Source: Octopus bimaculoides (Eukaryota). Taken from it: DNA of 35,593 nt. The DNA lies in NCBI RefSeq assembly GCF_001194135.2, contig NC_068996.1, positions 26,171,424 through 26,207,016 of the forward strand, in the 5' to 3' direction. Of the stretch, positions 23,236-34,852 are shown piece after piece. The position numbers and the translations under genes are program-made. How positions within the stretch are numbered: position 1 is the first letter of the stretch; each line of letters starts with the position of its first letter. The notes under the pieces are model-generated. The model had not been told where the DNA came from and ran no database searches. It saw only the letters and a list, made by a program, of their open reading frames with translations.

Positions 23236-24464
23236 ACCCTTCAGTGTCTCTGTTGCTATCTCCTTGATGATCTCCAATCACTATACAACAGCATTATAAA
23301 TAACAAGAGTTATAACAACAACACATTGTTGGAACCAGGCGTAGCAGATCGATAAGTTCAGTTTGGATTAGCCAGCGATTTGAATCAAAATGTTATGCTC
23401 CCTAATTCCTTAATGTTCACAATCTGTAATTGCAAGGTCAAAATTCTGACATTTATAGAAGAAACTAGATGGAAAATATTACATAAAAATGTCAAATACA
23501 AGGATGAAATTCCAAAATGACTAAATTATTGATCCAACAACCAAGAAGTATTTCATCTCAGAATCACAAATGTGAAAATATGAAAATATCATGGGAATAA
23601 TTGAAGGGCTTTTTGTGTGCTAGACTTTTAAAAGGCTGTAAACAGAGAAACAGCCATATTTATTGGTGATGGAGAAAATCACTAACACAGGTGTCTGTCT
23701 GTATGTGTGTGTGTATGTATGTATGTATGTATGTATGTATGTATGTATGTATGAATGTATGTATATATGTATGTTTGTATGTATGTATGTGTTTGTATGT
23801 ATATGTGTATTTACGATATATGTATGCATGTGTATATAAATAGGTAAATATGTATGCAGACGGACAAACAGATGGAATCCCTCCATCTAAACACACGCAC
23901 ACATACTCACATATATACGTACATACAAACATATTACACATTCTTATGAAGATACTTACATTTATACATACATACATATACATATATGCATGCATACATA
24001 CAGACAAACAGATAGACTGATAGGTTTGATTAATTAATTTATTCCATATCACTTTGAATTCTTGAAGTCTTTAAATCTGCAAAAGAGGTCTACATAGAAT
24101 AGTCAAATATTTACAAAATACTCTACTTTGTTTTATTCATCTATTTCTAAGACCAAAACTCTGATTTGGTTTAGATTTCGTGAAGAAAGTATTTCCCTTT
24201 ATCATTATTACTAATGTTTGGGAAAATGGGTAAGTTTGTGCCATCAGGTTACAAATGCATTCATTCAAGCCAGAGAGTGAAAGAACCTTTATGTAGTCAA
24301 GTGACATCCTAGAAATAGCTACCATATCTTCTTTAAATTTTAGACTATCATTTTAAAAATTAAAAATGGACACATTGTATTTCGTCTTGGATAAAGCACA
24401 TTTGAAAATAAAGTGGATGAGTCACAATTGAAATTTGTGAGTTATAACATCATACAAAGAGAAC

Positions 24465-24620
24465 ACCTGTGACTTAGTGGATAGAGTTTTGAACTCACAA
24501 TCATAAGGTTGTGGATGAGATTATGCGCATTGTTCTTGAGCAAGATACTTCATTTTCCATTCCTTCTGTCTACTTGGCTGTAAAATAAATACCAACCTAG
24601 TGTTGGCGCAGCCCTCCATC
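24465..24620 (+). mobile_element. Degenerate tRNA-derived SINE head
   Basis: TGTGACTTAGTGGATAGAGTTTTGAACTCACAATCATAAGGTTGTGG, homologous to the reverse complement of 3225-3420. Confidence 0.55.
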
Positions 24621-26122
24621 TGTCCAACTCACAACCTTTACATGATGCTTGGCCTAGTGGAGCAAGAAGGTGTGTGTGTGTCTGTGTGTGTTTGAAAGAT
24701 CTTTTAGCTTACATACTTTCCTTCATCAAATTGTCTTGTGTCTGGGTCTGTGTAGCTCTTATGGGGTGGTCACTAACCACCAATTTATTTTGTGAGGCAT
24801 ATTCTTCACCAAGGAAACACTTTGTTTTCCAAACTAGCCATTTATCTTATTTCAATGTGACTGACTTTGACAGAGTTTTTGTTCCCGGTCTGGCAATTTA
24901 GTGCTTTTCACACTAAATTTAGTTCCTTTTTTATTATTCTCTAAAATGTCATTGTGTAAAAATATAAGTAATTTTGTTAATTTCATTTTAATTTAATTAG
25001 AAATTTTTAACATAATTTACATCTGTGTATGTGATTTTGCATAGGTGTTTTTTTTTTGGTACTTTTCATTTTTATTTCATACTTTTTAGTGCCTTTTAGT
25101 TATCAAAATAGTGCATTTTAGTATTTCAAATTGGTAACCTTTCTTTCATCTACACACTTTCACTCACAAGGTATTGATCAACCTAATTATCCAACATACC
25201 AAATAGTGATATTGAACTTGGGACCTTATGTTTATCGACTTCTAACTTGGCTTTAAAATAAATTTAGGTTTACTACTGATATAGAGTCAGTTTTTGAGTC
25301 TAACAACAAAACAATTGAAGTCTCATTTCACATTTGTTCAATATAAACCAGACACTCTCTCAAATCAGCCATATGCATGTGTATGTCTGCCTATGAACAT
25401 GCATATATGTATATGAATATGTATATTTACACATATATGTACACATATATGTACACATATATGTACACATATATATATATGTATGTATGTATGAACTTTC
25501 ATAGATATATGCATTCAAATACAAACATACATATATGCACACACATATAAACACATACATACAAGCATGCATACATACACACACACACACCAATATAAAT
25601 ACATAATGCATACACATATCATGCACACACACACACATACATATATGCATGCATATGTATACACAATGCACACATACTAAAACTTAGTATAAGGTATAGC
25701 TGATGATTTTAGCCATTACTGTGTGAAAAATAAACAGTGCTGGCATGTCAGTAATTTACATTACAGAACCAACTGCCAAAAATGTGTGAAATATTTAAAT
25801 CACTCTCCCTTATTCAGTTATAAAGGTAACAGCAGTAGCTATCACTACAGTTTCATGTTGACACTAAAATGAAGGTTAACTGAATGTTGATGAAACTATA
25901 AGAATAGACGAAACAACAGTGTCCAGTCATCAGTCCCTCATTTACTGTCTATGGTTAAATTATATAAACACAACAGACATTTATGTCTTTCTTATGTATC
26001 TAGTAAATTTTAATTTATTTACAAATGTAGTGTTGACTGAAATGTTTGGGTATGCTGCACAGTAATCTTTAGTTTGAAAAATAAACACTGCTAGCACTAC
26101 ATTATTTTCACAAGCACGCACG

Positions 26123-26164
<42 letters not shown>

Positions 26165-26208
26165 TTGTGCTACTTTAGTACATCGCACGGTCGATACGAA
26201 ATGGTGAC

Positions 26209-26330
26209 CCCGACGTGATATGCGGCTGTACCCGACATGATTCACGGTCATACCCGACATGATTCACGGTCATACCCGACGTGATTACGTGGTCATACCC
26301 AATGTGATTCAAACGCGCAGCCCGATGTTT
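26209..26330. repeat. 22-23 bp CpG-rich minisatellite, ~5.5 units
   Basis: CCCGACATGATTCACGGTCATA-like units start at 26209, 26231, 26253, 26275, 26298 and 26321. Confidence 0.9.
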
Positions 26331-27107
26331 GCACAGACATTTACAAACTTTAAGAGCTTGTCTTCTGTGCTTTTAAAAATATCAAATATCATCAAGAATA
26401 CCAGCGTTACATCTAATCTGAGATCAAACGTTGCGTGACATATCATTTCATTTTCAACTTTAACTCTTTAGCATTCAGCTTTCAATGTCGAATTTAATGC
26501 TTATTTATTCACACACACACAAACACACACACACGAAGTAGCTACTCTATATCGGTTGCATATCCCTACTCTATGCCACTGATACAGAATCAGAGAAATA
26601 GGTGTGTAATCTTTAGCATTTGCCTACATCCCTCTTTCACAAGGATATGCCATATAATGCTTTAGTTTTTGAGTAGCTCAGCACTTGCAAGAAAGCTTTT
26701 GAAAAGTATCTGCTATGGTTGCATCAGAGACTTGTGCATGTTTTCCAGAGAATTGTCAGGAACCCACCAGAATTTTTAGCCCCCTCCCCCACTGGTTCTT
26801 GTTACTCCTCAGGTTAATCCTTTTGATTAACTACTCCCAATGAAACCAATTTTATATCTATTTATTTTTTCTCGAATTTTTTCAGTAAAAACGAATTCAC
26901 CAAGGACCCACAGGCAAAATTATTCAACTAACCAGCTTCTTCTAGTCATTGTTGGTTCCACAACAAAAAGTGACAGTAAACAGTAGTGTATTATATCTAT
27001 ATAGTATTGTATATATATAATTTTGTACTGTAAACAAAACTTTGAAAGGGTAAGCACACAACACGTTATTTTGTTAATACAGAGTGATGAAAAACACAGG
27101 AGGAGGA

Positions 27108-27420
27108 GGACTTATTTCAATAACCTTGAAAGGATGAAAGGCAAAATCAACCATGGCAGAATTTGAGCTCAGAAGATAAAGACAGATGAAATACTGCTAA
27201 TCATTTTTCTGGTATGGTAACAATTTTGCCAGTTTCAAATTTTGGCACAAGGCCAGCAGTTTTAGTGGGGAAGGGTAGTCAATTACCTCAACCCCAGTAT
27301 TTGACTGGTATTCTGTTTTGTCAACTCCGTAAGGATGAAAGACAAAGTTGACCTTGGTGGAATTTGAATTCAAAATATAAATAGCCAGAAGATGCCACTA
27401 AGTATTTTGTTACATTCTGC
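27108..27420 (-). mobile_element. Two tandem degenerate SINE family B copies
   Basis: AAGGATGAAAGGCAAAATCAACC...GAATTTGAGCTCAGAA at ~27130 and again at ~27330. Confidence 0.7.
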
Positions 27421-27436
27421 CAATTTATTACCTTAA

Positions 27437-27653
27437 CCCTTTTGTTACCATATTCTTGTTGAAACAAACTGCTTTTCTTTCATTCAGTTTTGATAATGAA
27501 GAATTTGGTAAAATAACTGTCATTATTAAGCTGATGTTTGGAATATAAATTAGCATGAGATTTTGCAGAAGGTTCTGATTTCAATCATTTTAAAATAAGA
27601 AGTTTATATCATAAAATCAGGAGTGGTCACAGGCAGGTTGGGATCAAAAGGGG
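27437..27653. mobile_element. MITE flanked by TTAA (piggyBac-type non-autonomous DNA transposon)
   Basis: TTAA-CCCTTTTGTTACC ... GGGATCAAAAGGGG-TTAA. A TTAA target duplication and CCC termini are piggyBac hallmarks. Confidence 0.75.
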
Positions 27654-27693
27654 TTAATAATAATAATAATAATAATAATAATTATGATAATAA

Positions 27694-28210
27694 CGGAGTG
27701 ACCTAGAACAATGATACTGTGGGATTTTACAATCCAATGTGACTTCCTAATTGAGGCTCGGATACCAGATATTGTTGTGGTAGATAAAGGAAAAAAAGAA
27801 ACCAAGTATATAGATATTGCAATACCTGGTGATATATGCATAAGTGACAAAGAACTAGAAAAGATTGAAAAATACAGATTACTGAAAGATGAAATTACAA
27901 GAATGTGGACTATGAGGAGAGTGTCTGTAATTCCAGGGACACTCAGAGCACTAACAACCAAGTTCGAGAAATATGTCAGAGAAATTGGAATTGACATGAG
28001 AGCAGAGCAAGCCCCAAAAACGGCTCTGATGGGGACAGCTAGGATTTTGAGATTGGTGCTTGGGTGTTGAATGTCTTCCACAATAATTAACAACTAATTA
28101 TCTAAGCTTATAATGTGCGGAAAGAAACCTTGTGAGGCCTCTGACAACAAGCTGCTGTCTGCTCTCACAGAATCAACCAGAGAAAACAAAACCAAACGTT
28201 CTGAGAAGTA

Positions 28211-28215
<5 letters not shown>
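27694..28215 (+). mobile_element. 5-prime-truncated non-LTR retrotransposon, restriction-like endonuclease domain plus 3-prime UTR (R4/Dong-like), in (TAA)n
   Basis: ORF 27711-28070: ILWDFTIQCD...RIPDIVVVDK...YIDIAIPGD...KELEKIEKY..L..EI.RMW, a PD-(D/E)xK RLE pattern. TAA arrays on both sides. Confidence 0.88.
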
Positions 28216-28244
<29 letters not shown>

Positions 28245-28248
<4 letters not shown>

Positions 28249-28609
28249 TCAATACCAGCAGATGACAATGTTTCCCTAAAAGAAATGGAGAAACTTTCAA
28301 AATACAAAGACCTGGAAATAGAGGTAACTCGAATGTGGAATCTAAAAACAGAAACAATTCCTATCATAGTAGGTGCCTTAGGTATAATAAAAAAATATTC
28401 AGACAAATACATAACAAAAACACCAGGACTTACAAATATATATAACATACAGAAAATTGCACTACTGGGCACTACACACATCCTACGCAAAACACTTTCA
28501 ATACAATAACCATAAGAACACCACAGCAAACCACAGCACATACCCAAGGCACACAGAGCTGCGCTCGGTAGTGAAGTGAAAGCACGCTATAAAAATAAAA
28601 CTACTGAAC
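28245..28609 (+). mobile_element. Second, different 5-prime-truncated RLE non-LTR element in (TAA)n
   Basis: SIPADDNVSLKEMEKLSKYKDLEIEVTRMWNLKTETIPIIVGALG...IQKIALLGTTHILRK. Distinct 3-prime UTR, followed by a TAA array at 28610-28670. Confidence 0.88.
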
Positions 28610-28630
28610 AATAATAATAATAATAATAGC

Positions 28631-28673
<43 letters not shown>

Positions 28674-28779
28674 GATGATGATCATCATCATCATCATGAT
28701 GATTTCTTTTTTTCATGTGAGGGCATCCAATAAAAAAGATATAGCAAGAACAGTTTACATTTGAAGGGGAATTATATAA

Positions 28780-29310
28780 ATACGGTGAGAGATGAAACTG
28801 GTGAAGATATTAGTTGAAAATGTACATTGTACACAGAATGTAAGAACACATGGATGATACATTTCTCCTGATACAGAAGAGTCTCCAATAGGGCTAGTCA
28901 AAGAATCCCACAGATCCAGGATCACCCTGACCACCAAGGGCTCAAGCTCTCACCTAAATTTTGATCTCCAGTCTTCAAGCACATTCTTAGAGTTGTTCCA
29001 TTTTGCTCAAAACATTTTTGCTAGGGTAAGCCACCTTTTGATAAATTCACTATAAGAGAGCAATTCTGTCTTTGCCATTACTTTCCTTTCCAAGTAGAAC
29101 TTGAAAAATCTTAGACAGGATCTGCCACACAACTTCTTTCACCATATCTACCAGGCAGAACAACAGTGTCCACTCAGCCTTGTTAAAGGAGGGTGGTTCA
29201 GTGATCTTCACAATGGATTTTGGCCAATAGCTGGATTTGTCCTACATACAACAGTTTTTCAACAGAATTCCACAAGTCAGGCATCATGCTTCGACACTTG
29301 CAGGAGTGAA
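28780..29310 (-). mobile_element. Degenerate L1/Tx1-like LINE 3-prime fragment
   Basis: Minus frames KITEPPSFNKAEWTLLFCLVDMVKEVVW and FKFYLERKVMAKTELLSYSEFIKRWLTLAKMF* resemble Tx1-type ORF2 C-termini from my recollection. Frameshifted. Confidence 0.5.
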
Positions 29311-29404
29311 ACAGCCACCACCACCACAACAACAACAACAACAACAACAACAGCAGCAGCAGCATCAGTTGTTTCTAATTTAGACATAAGGCTTGAGATT
29401 TGGC

Positions 29405-29690
29405 AGGGAAAAGAGTTAGGTGATTAAATCAACCCCAAGACATGACTGGTACTTTATTTTATTGATACTGGAGGGATGGATTGAAAAGTTGACCTCAGCA
29501 AGATTTGAACTCACCATAATGAAAAAGCCAGAAGAAATACCATGAAACTTGTTTCCAATGCATTAAATATTCAAAGAGCAACAAGGCTGGCAGTTTTGAG
29601 GAAAGAAGAATTTGTTAATCACATTGACCCTAGTACATGACTGGTACAATATTTAACCTCTACCACCCCCATAGGTAAGGATGAAAGGTC
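29405..29690 (-). mobile_element. Two degenerate SINE family B copies
   Basis: TCAACCCCAAGACATGACTGGTACTTTATTTTATTGA and ATTGACCCTAGTACATGACTGGTACAATATTTAACC. Confidence 0.65.
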
Positions 29691-30000
29691 AATGGTAATG
29701 ATGATGATGATGATGACAATGGTGATGATGGTGGTGGTGGTGGCAATGATGACAATGATAATGATGATGGTAATGATAATTACACTGCTACTTCTGCCAC
29801 AGCTGCTGCTGTAGATGCTGCTGCTGAATGTGGTGGTAGAGGTAGTGTTGATAATGATGATGATGATGAGGGTGATGATGATAATGATGACGATGACAAT
29901 GATGATGACAATGACAACGATGACAACAACGACAATGATGATGATGATGAGGGTGATGGTAGTGGTGGTGGTGGTAGTGGTGGTGATGATGATTTCTGAT
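29690..30000. repeat. Imperfect (GAT/GGT)n trinucleotide tract
   Basis: Direct observation. Confidence 0.9.
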
Positions 30001-30209
30001 ATAGGCACAAGGCATCAAATTTAGGTGAAGGATATATTAACAGCAACAATATTAATAGCAATGACAAACAAAATTAACAACAATAACAACAACAAGAAAA
30101 GCAATTAGACAAAGAAGACAGTTATTAAAAACTGTTATGGCCTTTATCAGATTTCAATGAAAGGAGAGTTGTCAATGTAAATAACATTTAGAGGCACATG
30201 AAGCCTATG

Positions 30210-30392
30210 TGTGCACACACACTCACACACACAAACACACACACACACACATTCATGCACACACACACACACATTCATGCACACACACACTCATACATAC
30301 TCACATACACACACACATTCATGCACACACACACACACACATTCATGCACACACACACTCATACATACTCACATACACACACACATTCATAC
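30210..30392. repeat. CA-based minisatellite (ACACACACATTCATGCAC-type units)
   Basis: Repeated CATTCATGCACACACAC and CATACATACTCACATAC blocks. Confidence 0.85.
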
Positions 30393-30829
30393 CAAGGTTT
30401 CAAATGAGCATTTCTCTCCCTAATTCTTTTGTGAATGTGTACGTGTGTGTATATGTATGCTCACAAGCACACACGTGCATGCACTCACACACACACACAC
30501 ATACAGATATTATGTAGATAAAGTTAAAATCCAAGCTGTGTCCTCTTGAAGCATATCTGCTTATTTCAGTATTCCAAATTGTTATGTAGATGTTATATTC
30601 CTATGAGGTATGCGTACAAGTTGAAAAATACTGGAAAATATTTTTTTGCAGAGTAATTACATATCAAAACAGGAGACTGGAAAATTTGTTGATATTATTT
30701 GTTCGCCATTACACGTGTTTCATTTGCTAATAGGAATTACAAAAAATTGTACATGTAGAATAAAACATAAAAAATATTTCCTATTAGAAATTCTTCCCCC
30801 CCCCCCCCACCATCGTGTCGTCTTCATTA

Positions 30830-31022
30830 TCATCATCATCATCATCATCATCATTTAACATGTTTTCCATGCTGGCATGGGTTGGACAGTTTGACACAAG
30901 CTAGCAAGCCAGAAGACTGCACCAAGCTCCACTGTCTGCTTTGGTTTGATTTCTACAGCTGGATGCCCTTCTTAATGCGAACCACGTTACAGAGTGGACA
31001 AAGTGCTTTTTATGTAGCACCA
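30830..31022 (-). mobile_element. Degenerate repeat family C copy
   Basis: CATCATCATTTAACATGTTTTCCATGCTGGCATGGGTTGGACAG...TTTCTACAGCTGGATGCCCTTC. Confidence 0.8.
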
Positions 31023-31356
31023 GGGTCCCAAGTTCAGATTGTTATATCTTTTACTCAATGTAATTAGCCAGTTATTATTATGCAAAAAAAGACTCTATCC
31101 TAAACTGATCATGCTTAGCAACTTCTATTACACATTTAACACTTGCTTCACACATCATCCTTTGAGTTATCCTTTCAGTTGATCCTTCCATGTACCTTAA
31201 TGCCCTACATTCAACACTCACTGCCTTGCTCGCCAACTTCCATAGATCTACCTACTTCAAACCCCTCTCTCACTAGCATGTAGCACTCTACTCCTTTCAT
31301 ATGTTTCATATAGTTTGCTCATGCAGATAAAATGAGGAACTTTCTTTTGTCAGTTA

Positions 31357-31706
31357 TCTTTATTGTTTACTTTTTACTTGCTTAAGCCATAAGACTGTGG
31401 TCATGAAGGGGTTGAATGAGTTGACTCCAGTACTTTTTGTTTTAAACCTGCTACTTATTGGGTTTGTTTGCTGAACCACTAAGCTATGGGGATGTAAACA
31501 AGTGGTGGTGGTGACGTAGGGGCAAAAACAAGTACAAAGGCACACACACACACGCATACAATGGCTTTCTTTCAGTTTCTATCTGCCAAATTCATTTACA
31601 AGGCTTTGGTTGGCCCAGAGCTACAGTAGTAGACAATTGCCCAAGCTGCCATGTCATGGGACTGAAGCCATAACCATGTGGTTGGGAAGCAAGCTTCTTA
31701 CCACAC
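31357..31706 (-). mobile_element. SINE family A, degenerate
   Basis: Reverse-complement homologue of 861-1298. Confidence 0.8.
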
Positions 31707-32078
31707 AATACCTAGTTAAGGTAGAATTTTTCCTTGAATATTTACAGCCTGCAATCAGAGCTGATTAAGTTCAAAATAAGATACAAATTAATTATTTCTT
31801 TCTTCAGAAGTGTGATGCTTGTCATTAAATATTTCAATAACAATGCTTTGATTTAATTGTAAATTATACCTTATGATATTAATAAAAAGAAGAAAGTTCA
31901 TGTTGTAAACAGTCCAAGATATGCTGCACGTCTAAAAATAAATTAGGAAAGCCATGGTTAGAATGTCTTTGATCATAAGTCTATTCAAACAAAATAGACT
32001 TGGAGGATAAACAAGAATACTGACCACAAAAATAATTTCTTTTATGCTTATGAAAAAAAAAATGAAGTCAACTAATAA

Positions 32079-32238
32079 GGTACCGGCATAGCTGTGTGGT
32101 AAGAAGCTTGCTTCCCAACCACATGGTTCTGGGTTCAGTCCCACTGTGTGGCACCTTAGACAAGTGTCTTCTACTATAGCTTTGGGCCAACCAAAAGCCT
32201 TGTGAGTGGATTTGGCAGACAGAAACTGAGACAAAGTC

Positions 32239-32274
<36 letters not shown>

Positions 32275-32470
32275 TCTCCTGCTTGACAACTGGTGTTTGT
32301 GTTTATGCCCCCACAACTTAGCAGTTCAGCAAGAGAGACTGGTAGAATAAGTAGCAGGTTTAAAAAAAAAAACCCAATTCTGGTGTGATTCATTTGACTA
32401 AAGATTCTTCAAGGTGGTGCTCCAGCATGGCTACATTCTTATGACTGAAAAAAGTGAAACGTTAAAAGAA
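32079..32470 (+). mobile_element. SINE family A, full length
   Basis: GCTGTGTGGTAAGAAGCTTGCTTCCCAACCACATGGTTCTGGGTTCAGTCCCACTG head and a matching tail. Confidence 0.9.
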
Positions 32471-32591
32471 GTAAAAAAAAAAAGAAAAAGAAATGGTGTC
32501 ACTTGAGGATGTAGCATGTACCATATTTTCATGCCTATGTAGTCAGAAGCTGAAAAAAATTCATAAAGTATAACTCAGAGTTTCTCATTAT

Positions 32592-32735
32592 AGGCACAAG
32601 CATTGCTGAATATTTAAGAAGCTTGCTTTCCAACCATGAGATCTTGGATTCCTCTCCATTGGGTAGCACAGCACCTTGGGCAAGTGTCTTCTACCATAGC
32701 ACCTGACCAACCAAAGCCTTGTATTTGGAAGACGG
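32592..32735 (+). mobile_element. SINE family A head fragment
   Basis: AAGAAGCTTGCTTTCCAACCATG...GCACCTTGGGCAAGTGTCTTCTAC. Confidence 0.75.
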
Positions 32736-32796
32736 TAATTAAAAGTCCCCTACTATAACAATACCCTAGCTAACAGCAGCTTCACACATAAAATAC

Positions 32797-32910
32797 ATTT
32801 ATTTCTTTATTGCCCACAGGGGGCTAAACATAGAGGGGACAAACAAGGACAAAGGGGTTAAGTTGATTACATCGACCCAGTGCGTAACTGGTAATTTAAT
32901 TGACCCCGAA
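32797..32910 (-). mobile_element. SINE family B tail
   Basis: GATTACATCGACCCAGTGCGTAACTGGTAATTTAATTGACCCCGAAAGG. Confidence 0.65.
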
Positions 32911-32961
32911 AGGCAATTATATATATGTATATATATATACACACACACATACATACATACA

Positions 32962-32990
<29 letters not shown>

Positions 32991-32992
<2 letters not shown>

Positions 32993-34007
32993 CATCTCAT
33001 AACCACCAAGTGTCGAAGTGCACCCCTTGATGAAGTCTGCAGACATGAGGTAAATACCATCATGAGATTGGGAAGGCAACTACTTGACAAGCATTCCCTA
33101 TTCGACAACCCTGAACTCTTACCCAAAAAAATTGCAAGACTCTACCGTAACATAACATCAGAGGAGAGGATGAATGCATTCCAGCAGAAGACCATGCATG
33201 GATACGTTAACAGAAAGCTCCAGGGTGATAACAACATTGACAACCAGAGCAGNNNNNNNNNNNNNNNNNNNNNNNNNNNNNNNNNNNNNNNNNNNNNNNN
33301 NNNNNNNNNNNNNNNNNNNNNNNNNNNNNNNNNNNNNNNNNNNNNNNNNNNNNNNNNNNNNNNNNNNNNNNNNNNNNNNNNNNNNNNNNNNNNNNNNNNN
33401 NNNNNNNNNNNNNNNNNNNNNNNNNNNNNNNNNNNNNNNNNNNNNNNNNNNNNNNNNNNNNNNNNNNNNNNNNNNNNNNNNNNNNNNNNNNNNNNNNNNN
33501 NNNNNNNNNNNNNNNNNNNNNNNNNNNNNNNNNNNNNNNNNNNNNNNNNNNNNNNNNNNNNNNNNNNNNNNNNNNNNNNNNNNNNNNNNNNNNNNNNNNN
33601 NNNNNNNNNNNNNNNNNNNNNNNNNNNNNNNNNNNNNNNNNNNNNNNNNNNNNNNNNNNNNNNNNNNNNNNNNAAAAACCTGGGAAAATTAGGGTTCTCA
33701 AAACCGGAAAGAAAAAGGCTGATTAGAAGACTACAGATTCAAGCCATCAATGGAACTGTAAAGATATGTAAAACTTTCCAAAAATTTAGCACATAAATAC
33801 ATATGCATGCATCTAGACATAAAAACGCATCCATAAAACAAACATACAAATCTGCGCATACACTAACACCAAATACTGCACACACACACATATGCACAAA
33901 TACCTAGATGATGTTGATAAAAGTTCCAATGAAGGAGCCTTGAATCTATGTTAGAGTCCGGCTCTTTCTCTATGGACAAGAAATACAGAAATGAAACTGA
34001 TTGATAA
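32991..34007 (+). mobile_element. 5-prime-truncated RLE non-LTR retrotransposon in (CATA)n, spanning an assembly gap
   Basis: ...FQQKTMHGYVNRKL...NIDNQS[gap]KNLGKLGFSKPERKRLIRRLQIQAINGTVKICKTFQKF* fits the post-RT K.MHG motif and the RLE C-terminal helix. CATA repeats on both flanks. Confidence 0.75.
33253..33673. other. Assembly gap
   Basis: Run of N. Confidence 1.
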
Positions 34008-34016
34008 CATACATAC

Positions 34017-34048
<32 letters not shown>

Positions 34049-34174
34049 ATATTAATTCAATTGAAACAATTGTTGGATTTTTAAGGAGTGATCTAAAATA
34101 AAGACATGATTTTCTTTTAGAAAATTACTATTTTTAAATCTCACAATGTGAGATATTCGGCAACAGTACTTTGT

Positions 34175-34550
34175 AGTAAAGATTGTTTGCCAATATAACA
34201 TGGCAGTCCTGGTTTAGGACGAATGTTACTGTAATTTAGCCCCAGGAGACATTGTCTCCAGCTGGCTATACGACGTGATCTGTGTCCTTATATTTTCAAA
34301 CAAGGGAATCTAGCACCCCCACTCAGCTCAAAACAATATCCGTGTATCACAATTTAGGAAATAACCTGGAAATCATGATACACAGATATTGTTTTGAGCT
34401 GAGACGGGGTGCTAGATTCCCTTGTTTGAAAATATAAGGACACAGACCATGTCATATAGCCAGCTGGAGACAATGTCTCCTGGGGCTAAATTACAGTAAC
34501 ATTTGTCCTAAACCAGGACTGCCATGTTATGTTGGAAAACAAGTTTTACT
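34175..34550. repeat. Long fold-back, 175 bp arms, 26 nt spacer
   Basis: 34175-34349 versus 34376-34550 are reverse complements with scattered mismatches. Confidence 0.95.
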
Positions 34551-34852
34551 TCATGACTTTCTTTATACATATTATTTGTTATTAAGTATTCTGAATTTCT
34601 AAAAATTCCATAAAAGGATTGTTGGATTTATCTGTCATGCATGAGGATTTACCAGGTATTTGTATTCTACTTACATTTACTGGTATGTGATTGTTAGAAA
34701 TTTAATCTTATTCTTTTATAGGGAGTGTTTAATTGATATCTGCCAGGAATTTTTAATCCCATTTTTTCTTTTATATATATATATATATATAAAGTATATA
34801 AAGACAGAATGGACTAAACAGAACAGGAGGTCACATGTGGGATAGAAGAGTC

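Noticed and set aside
26209-26330. CRISPR-like array
   Set aside because: Units are directly adjacent with no unique spacers, in a eukaryotic context.
34654-34720. Possible ~67 nt intron (cag/gtattt ... cttttatag/g)
   Set aside because: Flanking frames close within a few codons and there is no other support.
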